A stretch of DNA of 64,000 nucleotides from Tubiluchus corallicola (lineage: Eukaryota; Animalia; Priapulida): contig JAQGDQ010000353.1 of the NCBI GenBank assembly GCA_030141605.1, positions 1 to 64,000 of the forward strand, in the 5' to 3' direction. The notes beneath the pieces are model-generated. The model saw nothing but the letters and a program-made list of their open reading frames with translations. It did no database searches and was not told where the DNA came from. Positions within the stretch are counted from its first letter, which is position 1, and every line of letters starts with the position of its first letter. Below, piece by piece: positions 28,605-43,327 of this stretch. The position numbers and the translations under genes were made by a program.

Positions 28605-28636
<32 letters not shown>

Positions 28637-28640
28637 ACAG
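28222..28640. repeat. (CAG/CAA)n tract with internal duplication
   Basis: CATTGACAA...GAGCAAATTACAACAGC block duplicated; TGA stops interrupt the poly-Q frame. Confidence 0.95.
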
Positions 28641-29102
28641 TAACTCAACTAAAAAATCAGTCAAATTTGTAGTCATTCGTAACTTTATGAGCGGTGTGCA
28701 AAATAGACAATGTGAGTGAAATCAAACGTACCCAGAAGTTTCATGGCAAAGCAATTAATTTCACATTTGTCTAAAAAACTTCAATATTTAAAGGAATACA
28801 GGATATACTACAGAAACTTACATAACAAATGTAACCAAAAACTGAATTAACGCAGAGTTTAACGTGGCTTCTTTTACAGTTCTTCCTTGTAGATTGCGCA
28901 ATGTAGCCAGTGAATATATAAAAATACACGGAAAGATGTTTCTTTTGTCGAGTGGGAGGAAATCCCTAAAACATTTGTTTTCTCCGTGTTAAAGGGTTGC
29001 TCTAATCTTAAAGAGATTGTTACTTTTGCGTGTAAGACTTTTGCCATTATGAACGTATAAACGGTTTAGGCAACACAGCAAAACATAAGCTAGCAAATCC
29101 AA

Positions 29103-29415
29103 TTAAAGGAAAACCGGATGATTGTGTAAACATTAGTTCAGAATAAAGAATGCTCTAAAATACTGAAAACTACAATAGCTTTTTCAAATCAAAGTTTAGA
29201 TTAAATAATAATTACCTCGGATACTCAAATTTCGATAAACTTTCAAAGCTACGCGCGGCTCAGGGAATCTACTAGGGCGCCTTTTTGTCACATGCGCGTG
29301 GCCGACAAATAGAAGGCTGTACCGTGATAACCATGGTCATGAACTGCTGTGTTAGTTTCATGACGTCATGTGATGTAAAGCCCATTTTTCTGACATCATG
29401 CGTTTAAGCAGTAAC
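29103..29415 (+). mobile_element. Kolobok-type MITE K2, 3'-truncated at a (GA)n tract
   Basis: TTAA-AGGAAAACCGGATGA start; colinear with 29828-30150. Confidence 0.8.
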
Positions 29416-29423
29416 ACAGTAGC

Positions 29424-29525
<102 letters not shown>

Positions 29526-29827
29526 GAGCAAGACAGTAGGAAAGAAAAAGAGAATCGAAACTCACTGTAAAATGTATTGAAGTAAAATAATTATTTTTCG
29601 CTCAAGTTGTTCTGCAGACAATAATCTTATTCTAGCAGCACAAAATCAATGTTTACGTAATTAGTGCTATTTTCTTGCCTCAAGGATGTATGCTTAATTA
29701 AATAGGTTACAGACAAACTGGCATGAGATGCATAATTTGCTTGGCTGTGAACAATCCACACAGCACATAAAAAGAGTCTGAAGAAAACAATACCAAAGAG
29801 GGCTTCACTACAAAGTAGACACCTTAC

Positions 29828-30382
29828 TTAAAGGAAAACCGGATGAATGTATAACATTAGTTCAGAATAAAGAGTGCTCTAAAATATTGAAAACTACAAT
29901 AGCTTTCTTTATATCAAAGCTTAGATTAAATAATAATTACCTCGGATGCTCAAATTTCGTTAAACTTTCAAACCTACGCGCGGCTCAGTGAATCCACTAA
30001 GATTGGCAGCGGCGCCTTTTTGTCACGTTCGCATAGCCGGCAAATAGAAGGCGGTACCGTGATAACCATGATCATGAACTGCTGTGTTAGTTTCTGACCT
30101 CATATGACGTAGAGCCCATTTTCATGACATCACGCCTTTAAGCAGTACTGTACAACTTACGCAGACGTGCTTGACGCACAAGGGAAGATGCCTGCCATTG
30201 CACAAACTGTGGTTAGTTTCTGACGTAAGCAATAACTGTGTTCGGTTGCCGTTAATTAATTTTCTAAGTTAATTATTCATATATAATGAACAATTGCTAA
30301 CTTTTATAGGCAAGAAACTGTATATTTTGGATAGCAAATTAAAATGAGATTGAGTCTTAACAATCGTCCGGTCTTTCTTTAA
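29828..30382 (+). mobile_element. Kolobok-type MITE K2, full length
   Basis: TTAA-AGGAAAACCGGA ... TCCGGTCTTTCT-TTAA; other copies at 57406-57959 (-) and 45615-45975 (partial). Confidence 0.85.
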
Positions 30383-31054
30383 AGCACAAGAAAACCCTCC
30401 ACTTACATAAGCTTAAAAAATTCGTCTCGAAATTTTATACCACTTACATACTGCCTTTTCGTATGCATGGCTTGCATCGGACGTAACGCTGTATAAAACA
30501 TGTAAATTTAAACTCCCGCGATGACCGTTAGGCGCAGCCATTTAAATGGTAGGTCGTTTGAAATAAGTTTTGATAACTTTGAGGAAAGTTTGAAAAAAAA
30601 ATCAGAGCATCCGTAGCATACATGTTGCTAATTAAGAAAAACTTTAAATTACTGTATCTTGTCAATAAGAATAAAAATGCGTTTTTGGCTAGTGAGTGGC
30701 GCACCCTGGAGGGTGAATCAGCGACATTTGACCAACTGGCACAAACATTAAAATGATTATTCTAGTTAGATAAGTGTTTCCAGCAGGTAAGCGAAATGTA
30801 AGTAATATAGATTTGCACGGAAAGTTTTTTGGGTCATAATTTAACATTGCCTTTTCTTCCCCTGATTTACGTGGCGTAGTGACGTCATGTAATGGCGTCG
30901 TCGGAACAGTATTGAGGGAGATTTAAAATGAAAACAAACGAAAATTCCTTTCAACGCGAATACGATATGTGCATAAAATTGCTGTAAAGTAGTATAATTT
31001 TTTAAGGCGATTTTTCTGAAAGCTACTTTAGGTGCCTCTTTTCTTGCCCTTTAA
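30379..31054 (+). mobile_element. Kolobok-type MITE K3, full length
   Basis: TTAA-AGCACAAGAAAA ... TTTTCTTGCCCT-TTAA. Confidence 0.85.
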
Positions 31055-32074
31055 GCAAATTTCAAAACACTTGAGACACAAATAGATGGGTATTAGGCAA
31101 GAACCGTAGAACCATGTTTATACAGATGGTAATCGTGTTAGCAAAGAAATGGATTTTGTTTGTTTTTTACATTATCGTTCTAAAGACCATGTAACAGACA
31201 CTTGTATGTATAGCGTTGTAAATACAAAATGTACTACAATGTTATGATACATTTTGTCATGGTGCTGTAGTGCGGAATAATGCGTTCAGTACAACAAAAC
31301 AAGCCGGTAATATGAGTAACATTTAAGAAACTTTGAAAAAATACTAACCGGAAACTGTGTGATTTGATAAGTGAAGTAAGATTTTCTACGATAATTCTAT
31401 AATTTTATCATGCTAATCAAGATTTCATATTCTTACCTGTACATTTAGTCTATTTGCATATATTTGTTTGTTTATATTGTACTAACCATGTACCATGTAT
31501 GCTCTACTTTTAGCTGTCATTTTACTCTCCATACATTGTCAATATATTTTACGATGTTTTTAATGGACATATAAGTTTCTTGACTTCTGTTCATAGGTAT
31601 GTTATAAATAAAAAATAAATAATAAACGCGACAAAATTTGAATAAAAGTCTCCGTTCTTTGCCTATTAGTTTAACGTAAGTACATGCCATATTAAAATCC
31701 TTTGTCCTTGGCATCCCATTGCGCCATTAATTTATTGTTTACCAGATTTGTAGTGAAACCGTAAGCTTTCCATACCCATTATCTTAATATGTTCTAAATA
31801 AATGCTATTTTACTCAGGCGGCAGCATTCTGATGTGCCACTTACCGCATTATTTCTGGCATGTAAAGCCGTATCAAAGCAGTGAAGGTTATCAAACAGAT
31901 ATCCTTATGCAGCGACAGTAAATGTTATGAATTTTTGATAGGTTTCTTGGCACGACAGTTTATATGTGTTTTATGTTAAATGAGATGAGATGAGATGTGT
32001 TTTATTCCAGGTAAAAACCCATAATAAACCACAGACTACACAAGTTACATTATAAGTTAAAATACGAATTATGT

Positions 32075-32695
32075 TTAAAGGAAGACAGGATGATTTTTCA
32101 TATACTACCCCATTTTCAAGTCGGATAAAGAGTATACATTTTAACACAATTAATACTCCAAAAGCGTTTCTGATAATTAAATAATAGATTGAAAACTTAA
32201 GTAACGGCAGGCGGCCACAACTATTGTTAACATCACAAACTAACATGATTTTCAACAGCAACAATATTCCACGAGCGTGTTTGCCCGTATTTGTGAAAGC
32301 GAAAATTGAAGTACAGAGCTACTGTAAGGTGTGTTGTACTAAAACTAGGCAAGTTTTAAGATAGAAATTCAAATTTCAAATTTACCGCTGTGCTCACGCA
32401 TGAGCTGTCGAACGTGTGTAGTTCGTCACAAACTAAGTCATCTGCACTGAGAGGTACAGCACCTGTTTTTGTGTAACGCGTTTTCGAACTGCAGACGCTA
32501 GTGCCCGTCTAACTAACGAATGGCGAAATGCATGTAACAGCAAGGAACTAGAGGCGCGAACGCGAAATTGTGTTTGCGTGGTAATAACTCTTTCACATAA
32601 GTCATTGTTTAAAAAAATTGTATGTTTCCTTTCAATATTTTAAAGAATAAATTGTTTTGACCTACAGTTTAACATTGGGTTCAGTTTTGCTTTAA
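32075..32695 (+). mobile_element. Kolobok-type MITE K1
   Basis: TTAA-AGGAAGACAGG ... CAGTTTTGCT-TTAA. Confidence 0.8.
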
Positions 32696-33149
32696 CTAAT
32701 AATGTTATTTGGTCCACAGATAGTCTCTGCTCGGTCATGTTCTTTGCGTTCGGCCAAGCCTGGTAGCGAACCTGAATTGTATCAATTTTCTTGCCAGTTT
32801 TAGGACCTTAACGTATTTGTTATCCAGGTTAGCCGTGAGAAGTGGTTTCTTGTAACAGTAATTTCAAGTTTCTTAATTATTTACCTATTGTAACAGTGAG
32901 TTGTAGGACAATTCGCCATCTTGTTTTCTTTCATGTAAACATTCAGAACACACAACATTTTAGTTAGAGTTTATAACTCTTTTTTAGAAATAATTAGTTA
33001 TTAATGTGCAAAATTTTCTCACATCCCTTCAAACGTTTCATAGAACTCTCATTACCCTGAAAATAGAGGGTCTCTGCATTGTATATTTGTAAATATTGTA
33101 CATGTGTGTAATTTTAAATTTTAAATAAAGAATTATAATAATAATAATG

Positions 33150-33627
33150 TAGGTTTTACATGTCAAATGTAGGCCTGCGTTAACTCAAATGTAGACTTAG
33201 GTAATTCAAATGTGTTAACAATGGTTTTCAACAAATCTTGAGCGCTCTTGGTAAGTCTTGGTATTTCAAATGTGGACACATGCACACATGTCAAGTCAAA
33301 TGCGACATTGGTATCTCAAATGTGGATAGGTGTTAAAGTTTAAGGATATTAAATTTAATCTTCTTTAATTTCAATTTAATAATTACTCCTAACTTGAAAT
33401 AACAACGTTATAGGCCTACTAATAGATGCACTATCTTTGGTTTATCTTTTTCTAATTTGCGCCTAAATAACTTAATTACCGATTCATTCAAAGTATTGCA
33501 TCTACATTTGACTTACCTAAGTCACATTTGAGTTACCAAAACACATTCGAAATTCCTATGTCCACATTTGACTTACCTAACTCACATTTGAACTTTCCTA
33601 TGTCTACATTTGACGTGTAAAACCTAT
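33150..33627. mobile_element. MITE with TAGGTTTTAC...GTAAAACCTA TIRs and CAAATGT subterminal motifs
   Basis: TAGGTTTTACATGTCAAATGTAG / CTACATTTGACGTGTAAAACCTA; right half duplicated at 39666-40050. Confidence 0.7.
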
Positions 33628-34410
33628 ATACAAATGTGGTTTCTTTGCATTGTTGTAGTCTGTTGTTTATTGTACACAGTTTTTCTCCTTTGTTTTCTGT
33701 TTTATTTTTCAATAATCATACTATATACTGGCTTATACTGTATTGTATATTTGTAAATACTGTACATGTGTGTAATTTTAAATTTTAAATAAAGAACTAT
33801 AATAGTAATAATAATAGTAATAATAATTGTAACATGATAAGAGCCTGTTTCACATTTCACGGTTGCAATATGTTTTAATTTAATTTAAATTTAAATTTGC
33901 ATGTGTAATATCAACATAAATTAAACGAAGTAAAAGTTCAAAAAGTTAATAAAAGAGGCTATTAAAAAGTAGTTGTTCTGTAAGAAAAGCTGCAACACTT
34001 TAGAAAATTACTGTGACTTTTGTTGAGGTGGATGAAATAGAAGTCAAACTGGAAAGAGAAAAAGAGGTTGTTCTTGTAGGCTTCAAATCGCTTCTCACTT
34101 CCGGCTTTACTTCCGTTTCGTAAACTAGAATTCTATGAAAGTGAGGATAATGAGAGAAATCTAGAAAATGTTTTTAATCACGGCTTATGGCAAAAGAGCC
34201 AACGCGCAGATCTTACGATGACTATCCGGGGCGGATCCAGGTCATGAGAATGGGGGTGCGAAGACGTCAAAATAGAACCCTGCGTCTGTCCACAACCTCC
34301 AGGGCGGAATTAATGCATAAGCAAACTAAGTACCAAGGCTCCATGGGGCACCAAGCTCGCAAAAAATAAATTAAAAACAGAAAAGTTTCAATAAAGTATG
34401 ATAAAGACCT

Positions 34411-35088
34411 TTAAAGGACAAGAAAAGGGGTGCCTGAAGTAGGTTTCAGAAAAGTCGACTTAAAAATTACATTATTTTACAGTATTTTTACTAATATATT
34501 GTACTCAGGTTAAAAGAAATCTTTGTTTGCTTTCATTTTAAATCTCCCGCAACGCTGTTCCGTCGGCGCCATTACGTGGCGTCATCTTCGCAAACGCAAA
34601 TCAGGGGAAGAAAAGTAAATGTTAAATTATGACCCAAAAAACTTTCCATGCAAATCTGTTTCCCTTTGCATTTCACTTACCTGCTGCGAATTTCTTACGT
34701 AACTAAAAATAATAATTTAAAATGTTTGTGCCAGTTGGTAAAATGTCGCTGGCTCACTCTCCAGGGTGCACCACTTACTAACCAAAAATGTATTTTTAAT
34801 CTTATTGACAAGATACAGTAATTTAAAATTTTACTTAGTAAGGTGTGTGCTACGAATGCTCTGATTATTTTTTCAAACTTTACTTAATGTTATCTAAACT
34901 TGTTTAAAATGAGTTATCGTAAAAATGCCTGCGTCTAACGGTCATCGCGGGAGTTTAAATTTACAAGTTTTATACAGCGTTACTGCCGTCGCAAGGCCTG
35001 CATGCAAAAAGGCAGTTTGTAACTGGTATAAAATTTCAAGACGAATTTTTTAAGCTTTATATAAGCGAGGGATTTTCTTGTGCTTTAA
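34411..35088 (-). mobile_element. Kolobok-type MITE K3, full length
   Basis: TTAA-AGGACAAGAAAAG ... TTTTCTTGTGCT-TTAA; reverse complement of 30379-31054. Confidence 0.85.
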
Positions 35089-35106
35089 GTATTCAACAGT
35101 TCAAAA

Positions 35107-35140
<34 letters not shown>

Positions 35141-35772
35141 ACAGAAGATTGGGTATCACGACTGCTTTTTGAGGATGTCATAAAGGGGTTTTGCTTTCCA
35201 AAAATTCAGAAACAAACTCTGTAAACGCCTCTTTAGAATCATGGAACGAATATCGTTAATGAGAAATCTTTGGTGAACACACAATTACTGTTTGCTCTGT
35301 ACAGTGTACAGGCTACATTTTCAGTCAAATAAATTCATTTAATTAAAATTTCATTTTGAAATGAATAAACAATTTGAGTGGCATGAATCCTGTCTAGAGC
35401 AATGGAGTTTATTTTATATGTGATGTCGCATAGTTTGTATGACATTTAAGTATGCTTTGAACCACCAAACGTGCACTTGGTGATGGGGGGGGGGACAAAG
35501 GAAAGGTCGGGGCGCCATGTGCTTAAGGCACCAACACACATTTAAGTTCAAGTTTAGTTTATTTCACACTAAGTGTTAAAGTAAACAATATGCAATACAA
35601 ACAATATGCAACACGCACACACACGCACACGCACACGCACACACACACATTATAATTGGGGCAAACTGATTTAGTACAATTGTTCATATAATTTCAGTGT
35701 TACAATGCACGTCCGCGACATGTGATTATCTGATAAAAGCTGGGAAACACTGACCAAGTTTATATATATATA

Positions 35773-35837
<65 letters not shown>

Positions 35838-36897
35838 CTATATTTTTATTATTGTCAAATGGACAAAAAAAATAAACCTTTGGTCACAAAAGCCACTGAT
35901 AAAGAGGCCTCGGGAAGAACAAATGTTATGCAAGTGGTGTAACTAATGCAGATGAGATACACAGAAATAGATTCATATACAATGAAGTACATACATTAGT
36001 AGATGAGATACACAGAAATTAGTTACTATACAATGAAGTACATACATTAGTACAATGTTACGTACTAATAAGCAAATGGCATAAAATGAACCACACTAAT
36101 AGCGAATCGACGAGCATCTTTTATACATGTTTGAACAAAAACAGACTAAGTTTGTATGTTTGGGAGATATAAGCGGTACATTATCCCTTTACAAAAGTGA
36201 AAGCATCTCACTTTGGGTGAATCTTAATAAGCCTAATGTCGCAGAAGTACCCCAAAGAGACCTTTGTGACTGTTCTGTATATGGCGGCCATTTTACAGAT
36301 TCGTCACAGAAAAGACTGAACAAACAATCCATTAGCAATATTGGCTTCACTATTAGCACGGCTGGTGCGAATAATATAGAGAGACATCCTAAGATAGCAT
36401 TCATTCTAATTGCGCCAGTCACTGATCAATTACTACGCTATGGAGGCTGCTAACTTTCCTCTGTTGCTGTTTGCATAAACTTACTGCAAGCGTTTATATC
36501 TTCATTCACTTATGTCAAACAGTATGAAACGTCAATGTAATTATTACTTCACAAATCTATAATATGTAGACCGACTGTAGTACAACTTGTGGCAGGCATT
36601 GATCAGATATATTATGCAGTGCATTTTAATTGGTGCAGGTTGGTTGAAACTGCTGAATGATATCAAGATCTTTGAAGAGTAAATCGATTGTCATTTCTGA
36701 CATTCGAAGATTTCTTTTCTGCCAATGAAAGTAGATTAAAACAATATTCTTCATTTTCATAAATAAAACAATAAATAAATAAATAAAACAACTCTTCATT
36801 TTCATAAATAAAGCTTAAAAATTCGTCTTGAAATTTTATGTCTCTGAAATCTACACGCTGTCTTACTGTAGACAGAGCATGCGTTAAGAGTAACTGG

Positions 36898-37257
<360 letters not shown>

Positions 37258-39665
37258 GGAGGAAGGTTTGTCTCTCTTCTCTGCTTGGTTCGTCACGGCA
37301 AAGTATGATAATACATGCACTAACTATTCATGCTACAGCGGCAACGATAAAACTTCTGAAAATCTTTTAGTTTTTATGATTATAGGGGTTCCGCGGCACC
37401 ACTAATGACGAGTAAATTCACGAGTAAAAAAATCTACAATCAAAACGCCATTTCGCCACGTTTTATTTGATACTCCCGGCTTCGCATCTCAGTGTCTCAC
37501 TGCAACTGATTGTAACAATTGGATTTTCTCATCCTAATTTAATATAATCATATCAGCATATCAATATTTTAGTTTAATATGATGCTGTTCTTGCATTTAT
37601 GGCTACCATGGTCTCCCGGAAAACCAAATAGCAGCAGCCTATATGGCTCTACGTACACAAGATATGCGCTGTTGTAACTGATGTTCTGGTCAATAAAGAG
37701 TCCCTCTCGTCCTCTGGTGTATGTCTGTGTACATATGGGAAACCTTTAATGGGCTTTAGCTATGAGACAAATTAGATGAATTGGATGAATTGCATGTAAT
37801 TACTGAATGTCCATTGTAAGAGAGGAATGTTTTGGTTCCTCTCTCATATTTACGTTAACTTTTAATACTGTATATATATTGGACTGCTGTCCGCTTTTAG
37901 CGGAGGCAGGACGGATGGCACCACGGCCCACGCCTTGCGGCATGTCCCAGTTAAGTCCTTCAACGCCAAACCCAAAACAAAACCCGAACAATAGAGTCGA
38001 AATGACAATTTATTACTGCATATCACACCCCCAATAAGGAACAAACAGCTTACCTAGAAGAACGGAGTTTGCGGCAAAGCCTGTGAAATGTGAACAGAGC
38101 TGTAATGAAAGACACGACCACTGACAAGGGTCTACGGCAGACCTTCCCTTTTGATAAGCTCAGGTGTGCACGTGACTAGTGGCTTTTACTAACACAAGGT
38201 CAGAATACGAGTCTGTGCTAGATAAAGCCACGTTCACACGCACACCTGAGACGTCTACTTTATTCCCCTGCCAGCATTACATTTCATTTCACCACAGCCC
38301 CGTAGTACAATATGTTTCCTTATGAAAAGTTTGCCTTTCTAAATTCGTCCAAGGATGTAGAAGTTATAAAAATCAATGCTAGATTGGTCCAGAAAACCTT
38401 TGAATGCAGACCTAACAGCAGGGCTAGTGCTGGGAAGTTCGGGACCTCTATAATAATTGGGTCCTCTACCCTTCAAAAGCTGAGGATCTGATGTAGTATG
38501 CCAGTTTTTGCCAAGAAGTGTTGAGAGCTTGAGATTCAAGCCACAATGATGTATTAAAATTGAAAACTCATATGAAACTTTGAATGTTTCATTACAATAA
38601 AGATAATTACTGGCACACATTTGTGCATACATGTTTTAAAAATGGATTTTTCGGGGAGCTTTCAAAATCAGTTCAAACTCAGTGGTTTTTGCGATGTCAT
38701 TTTCTATAAATAGCATCGCCAAATTATTTGGTCTTTCTTGTGAAATTGTTGACCGTAGTTGTTTTAATCTGTATTGAGGGTTTGTGTATCTTGAACAAAT
38801 TGGTAAAATTAAAATTCAATCACGATCTAACTGATGCATATAGGACTCGTCAATTGTCTTATTTTAAAAAAGTTTAATGGCGAAGATAAACTGAAATTAC
38901 AAAATAAATAAAGGAACGATCCGATCGAGTTTGGCCGGGGGGTGGGGGGTGAAATGGATACAAAACACCAGTTAAACGTGCTGACCAAAAGTTTCTTTAT
39001 TCTGAAATACAATTATTAACATTTAGTTTAATTTGCATTGAGTAGAAGAAAATTATTTGCATGATTAAATGTATTGCTATAACTAAGAACTGATATAAAA
39101 ATTATGTAGACTATATTGAAATTAATTAATAATAACTTACGTTGTTAGAGCATTTAACAGTTACAAAGACAGGAATGAGAACTCCAAGTAGCCTTAAGAA
39201 CAACAATGTCACAACAATAAATTCGTACGAAATTCACAGTCATAATGCTCATCACAGTCAGAAAAATAGAGCAATGGTGGAGAGAACCAAAAGACGGGTA
39301 AAATGTCATACAACTATTACAGCTATAGCTCACCAAAGGCCAAAATGCTAATGTATTCAAGGATATTAGGTGCTTCAATTTTAAAGAGTGACTACTGTAA
39401 AAAGCTAAATGTCTACCAAACAGGTGGCAGCACCATGGCAGTAATTGAAAACTAAATTAAAACCAAAAAAGGGCCCATGCACCTTCTACAGGGCCAATTT
39501 GAATAAATCTGTCTAATTGGCTTAAACCTGGTCCTGGTTGACTGAGATAACTCAGAGCGAGCCTGAATTGCTTGATGAATTGCACTAATTGTAGAATAAT
39601 AACTCTGTGATATAAAGACTGTTTATACGTATTTCTGTGCTTGAACCATTATACTATCTTTGATG

Positions 39666-40160
39666 ACTATCTTTGGTTCATCTTTTTGTAATTTGCACTT
39701 AAATGAGTTAATTACCGATTTATTCAAAGTAATGCATCTACATTTGACTTACCTAAGTCACATTTGAGTTACCAAAACACATTCGAAATTCCTATGTCTA
39801 CATTTGACTTACCTAAGTCACATTTGAACTTTCCTGTGTCTACATTTGACTTACCTAAGTCACATTTGAACTTTCCTATGTCTACATTTGACTTACCTAA
39901 GTCACATTTGAACTTTCCTGTGTCTACATTTGACTTACCTAAGTAACATTTGACTTACCTAAGTCACATTTGAACTTTCCTGTGTCTACATTTGACTTAC
40001 CTAAGTCACATTTGAACTTTCCTGTGTCTACATTTGACGTGTAAAACCTATATACAAATGTGGTTTCTTTGCATTGTTGTAGTCTGTTGTTTATTGTACA
40101 CAGTTTTTCTCTTTTGTTTTCTGTTTTATTTTTCAATAATCACACTATATACTGGCTTAT
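39666..40160 (+). repeat. Duplicate of 33430-33737 with a 42-bp unit expanded
   Basis: TCTACATTTGACTTACCTAAGTCACATTTGAACTTTCCT(G/A)TG repeated ~5-6 times versus ~2 at 33500-33615. Confidence 0.9.
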
Positions 40161-40180
40161 TGCGTACAGAGCTGGCGGTA

Positions 40181-40686
40181 GACGTAACGCTGTATAAAAG
40201 ATGCAGCCTTTTTGAGGGTAAATCGTTTGGAATAAGTTTAGATAACTTTGCGTGAAGTTTGAAAAAATAATCAGAGCATTCGTAGCACATACCTTACTAA
40301 GTAAAATTTTAAATTACTAGATTAGTGTAGATTAAAAATAAGTTTTTGGTTAGTGAGTGATGCTGATTTTTATGTTCATTTTAAATTATTATTTCTAGTT
40401 ACATAAATCTTTCCAGCAGATAAGCGAAACGCTAAGTAATATTGACTTGCATGGAAAGTTTTTTGGGACATAATTTAACATTGTCTTTTCTTCCCTTGAT
40501 TTACGTGGAGTAGTGACGTCATGTAATGGCGCGATCGGAACATTTAGCGAGAGATTTAAAATGAAAACAAACAAAAATTCCTTTTAACGCGAGTAGGATA
40601 TACGCATAAAATTGCTGTAAAGTAGTATAATTTTTAAGGCGATTTTTCTGAAACCTACTTCAAGTACCTCTGTACTTGTCCTTTAA
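40181..40686 (+). mobile_element. Kolobok-type MITE K3, 5'-truncated
   Basis: Colinear with 30480-31054; ends CTTGTCCT-TTAA. Confidence 0.8.
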
Positions 40687-40986
40687 TAGTTTGATTCGCT
40701 TTTGTAATAAAAGCTTTGTTAGCCTTCCACTAATGATACCATTTAGTGAAATTACTGTAAGGGCCTCTCAACATTACATGTACACTAAGTGAAAAAGAAT
40801 TTTCTGTTATTAGTATATTTTAGCCTTTTCAGTCTGTGAAGAAGAAAATTGAAAAAGAATAGCTTCTTCTCGTAAAAACTTTCTACCGTTAAAAATTGCT
40901 ATATTTGTGTTCGATCTCATTTTGCTGAAAAATCCTTGAAATGACAGGCACCAATGTACTTGCAAAAGGGTTACAAAAGTAGTTTG

Positions 40987-41607
40987 CAGTGACGGTCCTT
41001 AGTTAATGCTGCTTTTGAAAATGTTTAGCCCGTGTTTTAAAACTGTGTAAAACGAAACAAACATAAGCACGTGACAAGTAACAACAAACTGTGTGAGTGA
41101 CAGAACTTTCTCTACATAGCAGCAGACGCTAGTAGTGCAGAGAACAGCGTGTACATCTCAGACCCGTGCACATAGCCGCATGCGCACAACAGCCAAATAC
41201 CCACTGTGCTGGCCTGTGAAGCAAACCTTGACGTGCTCTGGTTCCGTACAAGTATAAAGAAAGAACTAAAGAAAAAAGACTTATTGCACAGAATATTATA
41301 GATAATACTGAGTGAAAATAGGGCGTGCTGGAGTTCGACAATACCTATACACAGGGCCTATTTCAGCCTAAGCGAGGCCCGGGGAAGTGGGGCGTGTGAG
41401 GCCTCTTCGGGGGGAGGGGGCAGTTCAAGATTTTTGAACTGCTAGAACGCTGGAGAAGCATTTTCGAAGAGAAAATATGGAATTATACAGTATGTTAGCA
41501 TAAAGCAAAAAAATAATGTTACCACGGCGCGAGGCTCCCCTGGAGGGTGAGGCCCCGGGGAAGTATCCCCCCTGAAATAGGTCCTGCTTATACACGAGCC
41601 GCCACTG
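40987..41607 (+). mobile_element. hAT-type MITE H1 carrying a nested MITE
   Basis: CAGTGACGG ... CCGCCACTG; TSD GTAGTTTG / GTATTTTG. Confidence 0.8.
41352..41586. mobile_element. Nested GC-rich hAT-type MITE
   Basis: CAGGGCCTATTTCAG / CTGAAATAGGTCCTG; TSD CCTATACA / CTTATACA. Confidence 0.85.
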
Positions 41608-41974
41608 GTATTTTGTGCACAAGTAATGTCAGCCCATCTTGTAAATATAGGAAAACGTTTCTGTTTTGAAAAAAACCAGTGCAGTTTTGAAAAAAATCCG
41701 TGACCTCTTAACACTTTTTTACATTCTGCCCACGTAGACTTGAAATTTGAAGAATTATGTGCAAATTTAGAACCAGTCTAAAACCACGTTCCTCCGTTTA
41801 CACAATGATTTTATATACCTAGGAAAATATGGTTCTTAATAAACAATAAAGGTTTGCAAGTTTAGAGGAAATTAAAATACGACGTTAATTATCCCTTCAT
41901 TTTCTAGACATGGCGGTTTTTTGAGAAACTCAAAACTAAAAATTACTGCAGTGTAAAATAAAAGTTTCCCGGAA

Positions 41975-42376
41975 TTAAAGGAAAGGTCAAGCCTTTTGTG
42001 AAGTTAAACGAAATGAAGTTATTTGAATGTTCGCGAAAATTTTTAGTAGGATTTAGTAATAAAAGTGCGATAAGCGTCTCGTGTTATAAGTTAAATCATT
42101 TTAAAGTTGTGATCATTTCACGCTTGGGCGTCTCATTTTGAAAGTCTATTCTTCCACCAATGACGTCATTCTTCCAGCAATGACGTCATTCGTCGACCGA
42201 AGAAAAGAAGTAAATTTTGCCGAAAACTATAATAGGTATTTGCAAAAGTTAAGATAGCTTTGTGATATTTTTACGTGAACATTTCCACCAGTTACATCAT
42301 TATTTGCAAGTCAATGGCAGCAACCACCGCGCTTGGGAATTCCTATACAGTGGTGACTTCTTGTCTTTTCCTTTAA
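41975..42376. mobile_element. Kolobok-type MITE K5 (single copy)
   Basis: TTAA-AGGAAAGGTCAAG / CTTGTCTTTTCCT-TTAA; two internal TGACGTCA. Confidence 0.6.
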
Positions 42377-42864
42377 ATTCACAGTGCCTCCATTTTGCAA
42401 GTATTTGTCGCGAACTTGTGAATCGGCACAATGCTTTTTGGCACCCTGTCACGAACTTGTAAAAGTTCAAGTTTTTTGTTTGCTCTTAAAGTCTGGGAGG
42501 TTCTTAGCTATCAGACTGAAGGTTTTTTGTATCTAAAGGAAGTTCACGAAAAGCATATTATTAGTATTTTGTCGATATTCACTGTAGTTCCTTAACTAGA
42601 GATAAATAAAAGCAAAGAACGAATGATTAAAACATCATGATGCAATTACTTTTTTACAACAATTGTACAATGTTAGACGGCATGTTGAAATACAATAATA
42701 GATGTGTTAGGCATCATATTGAGTTACAGTCATAAATGTTAGTACTAATTTGTCTATTTATCTATGCACAGTTTTGTACTAAATAAGTACTCTCAAAAAC
42801 ATGTTAGAAATTGTTATATCACTGGGAAAAAACCTGTTCCATCCTTTTCACGCGCCAGACAGGT

Positions 42865-43327
42865 TTTTCCCAAGGATCTACTTCCTGCCTACCCATTTTT
42901 CCAAGGATCTACTTTCTGTCTACCCATTTTCCCAAGGATCTACTTTCTGTCTACCCATTTTCCCAAGGATCTACTTCCTGCCTACCCATTTTCCCAAGGA
43001 TCTACTTTCTGCCTACCCATTTTCCCAAGGATCTACTTCCTGCTTACCCATTTTCCCAAGGATCTACTTCCTGCCTACCCATTTTCCCAAGGATCTACTT
43101 CCTGCCTACCCATTTTCCCCAAGGATCTACTTCCTGCTTACCCATTTTCCCAAGGATCTACTTCCTGCCTACCCATTTTCCCAAGGATCTACTTCCTGCC
43201 TACCCATTTTCCCAAGGATCTACTTCCTGCCTACCCATTTTCCCAAGGATCTACTTCCTGCCTACCTATTTTCCCAAGAATCTACTTCCTGCCTACCCAT
43301 TTTCCCAAGGATCTACTTCCTGCCTAC
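42865..43327. repeat. 31-bp tandem array, ~15 units
   Basis: Unit CCCAAGGATCTACTTCCTGCCTACCCATTTT. Confidence 0.97.

Noticed and set aside
28129-28640. Poly-Gln protein exon
   Set aside because: In-frame TGA stops in the duplicated block; no convincing splice sites or non-repeat coding flank
36127-36453. 108-aa ORF / possible LINE relic (also 31517-31900)
   Set aside because: No recognisable motif strong enough to call either a gene or a specific element
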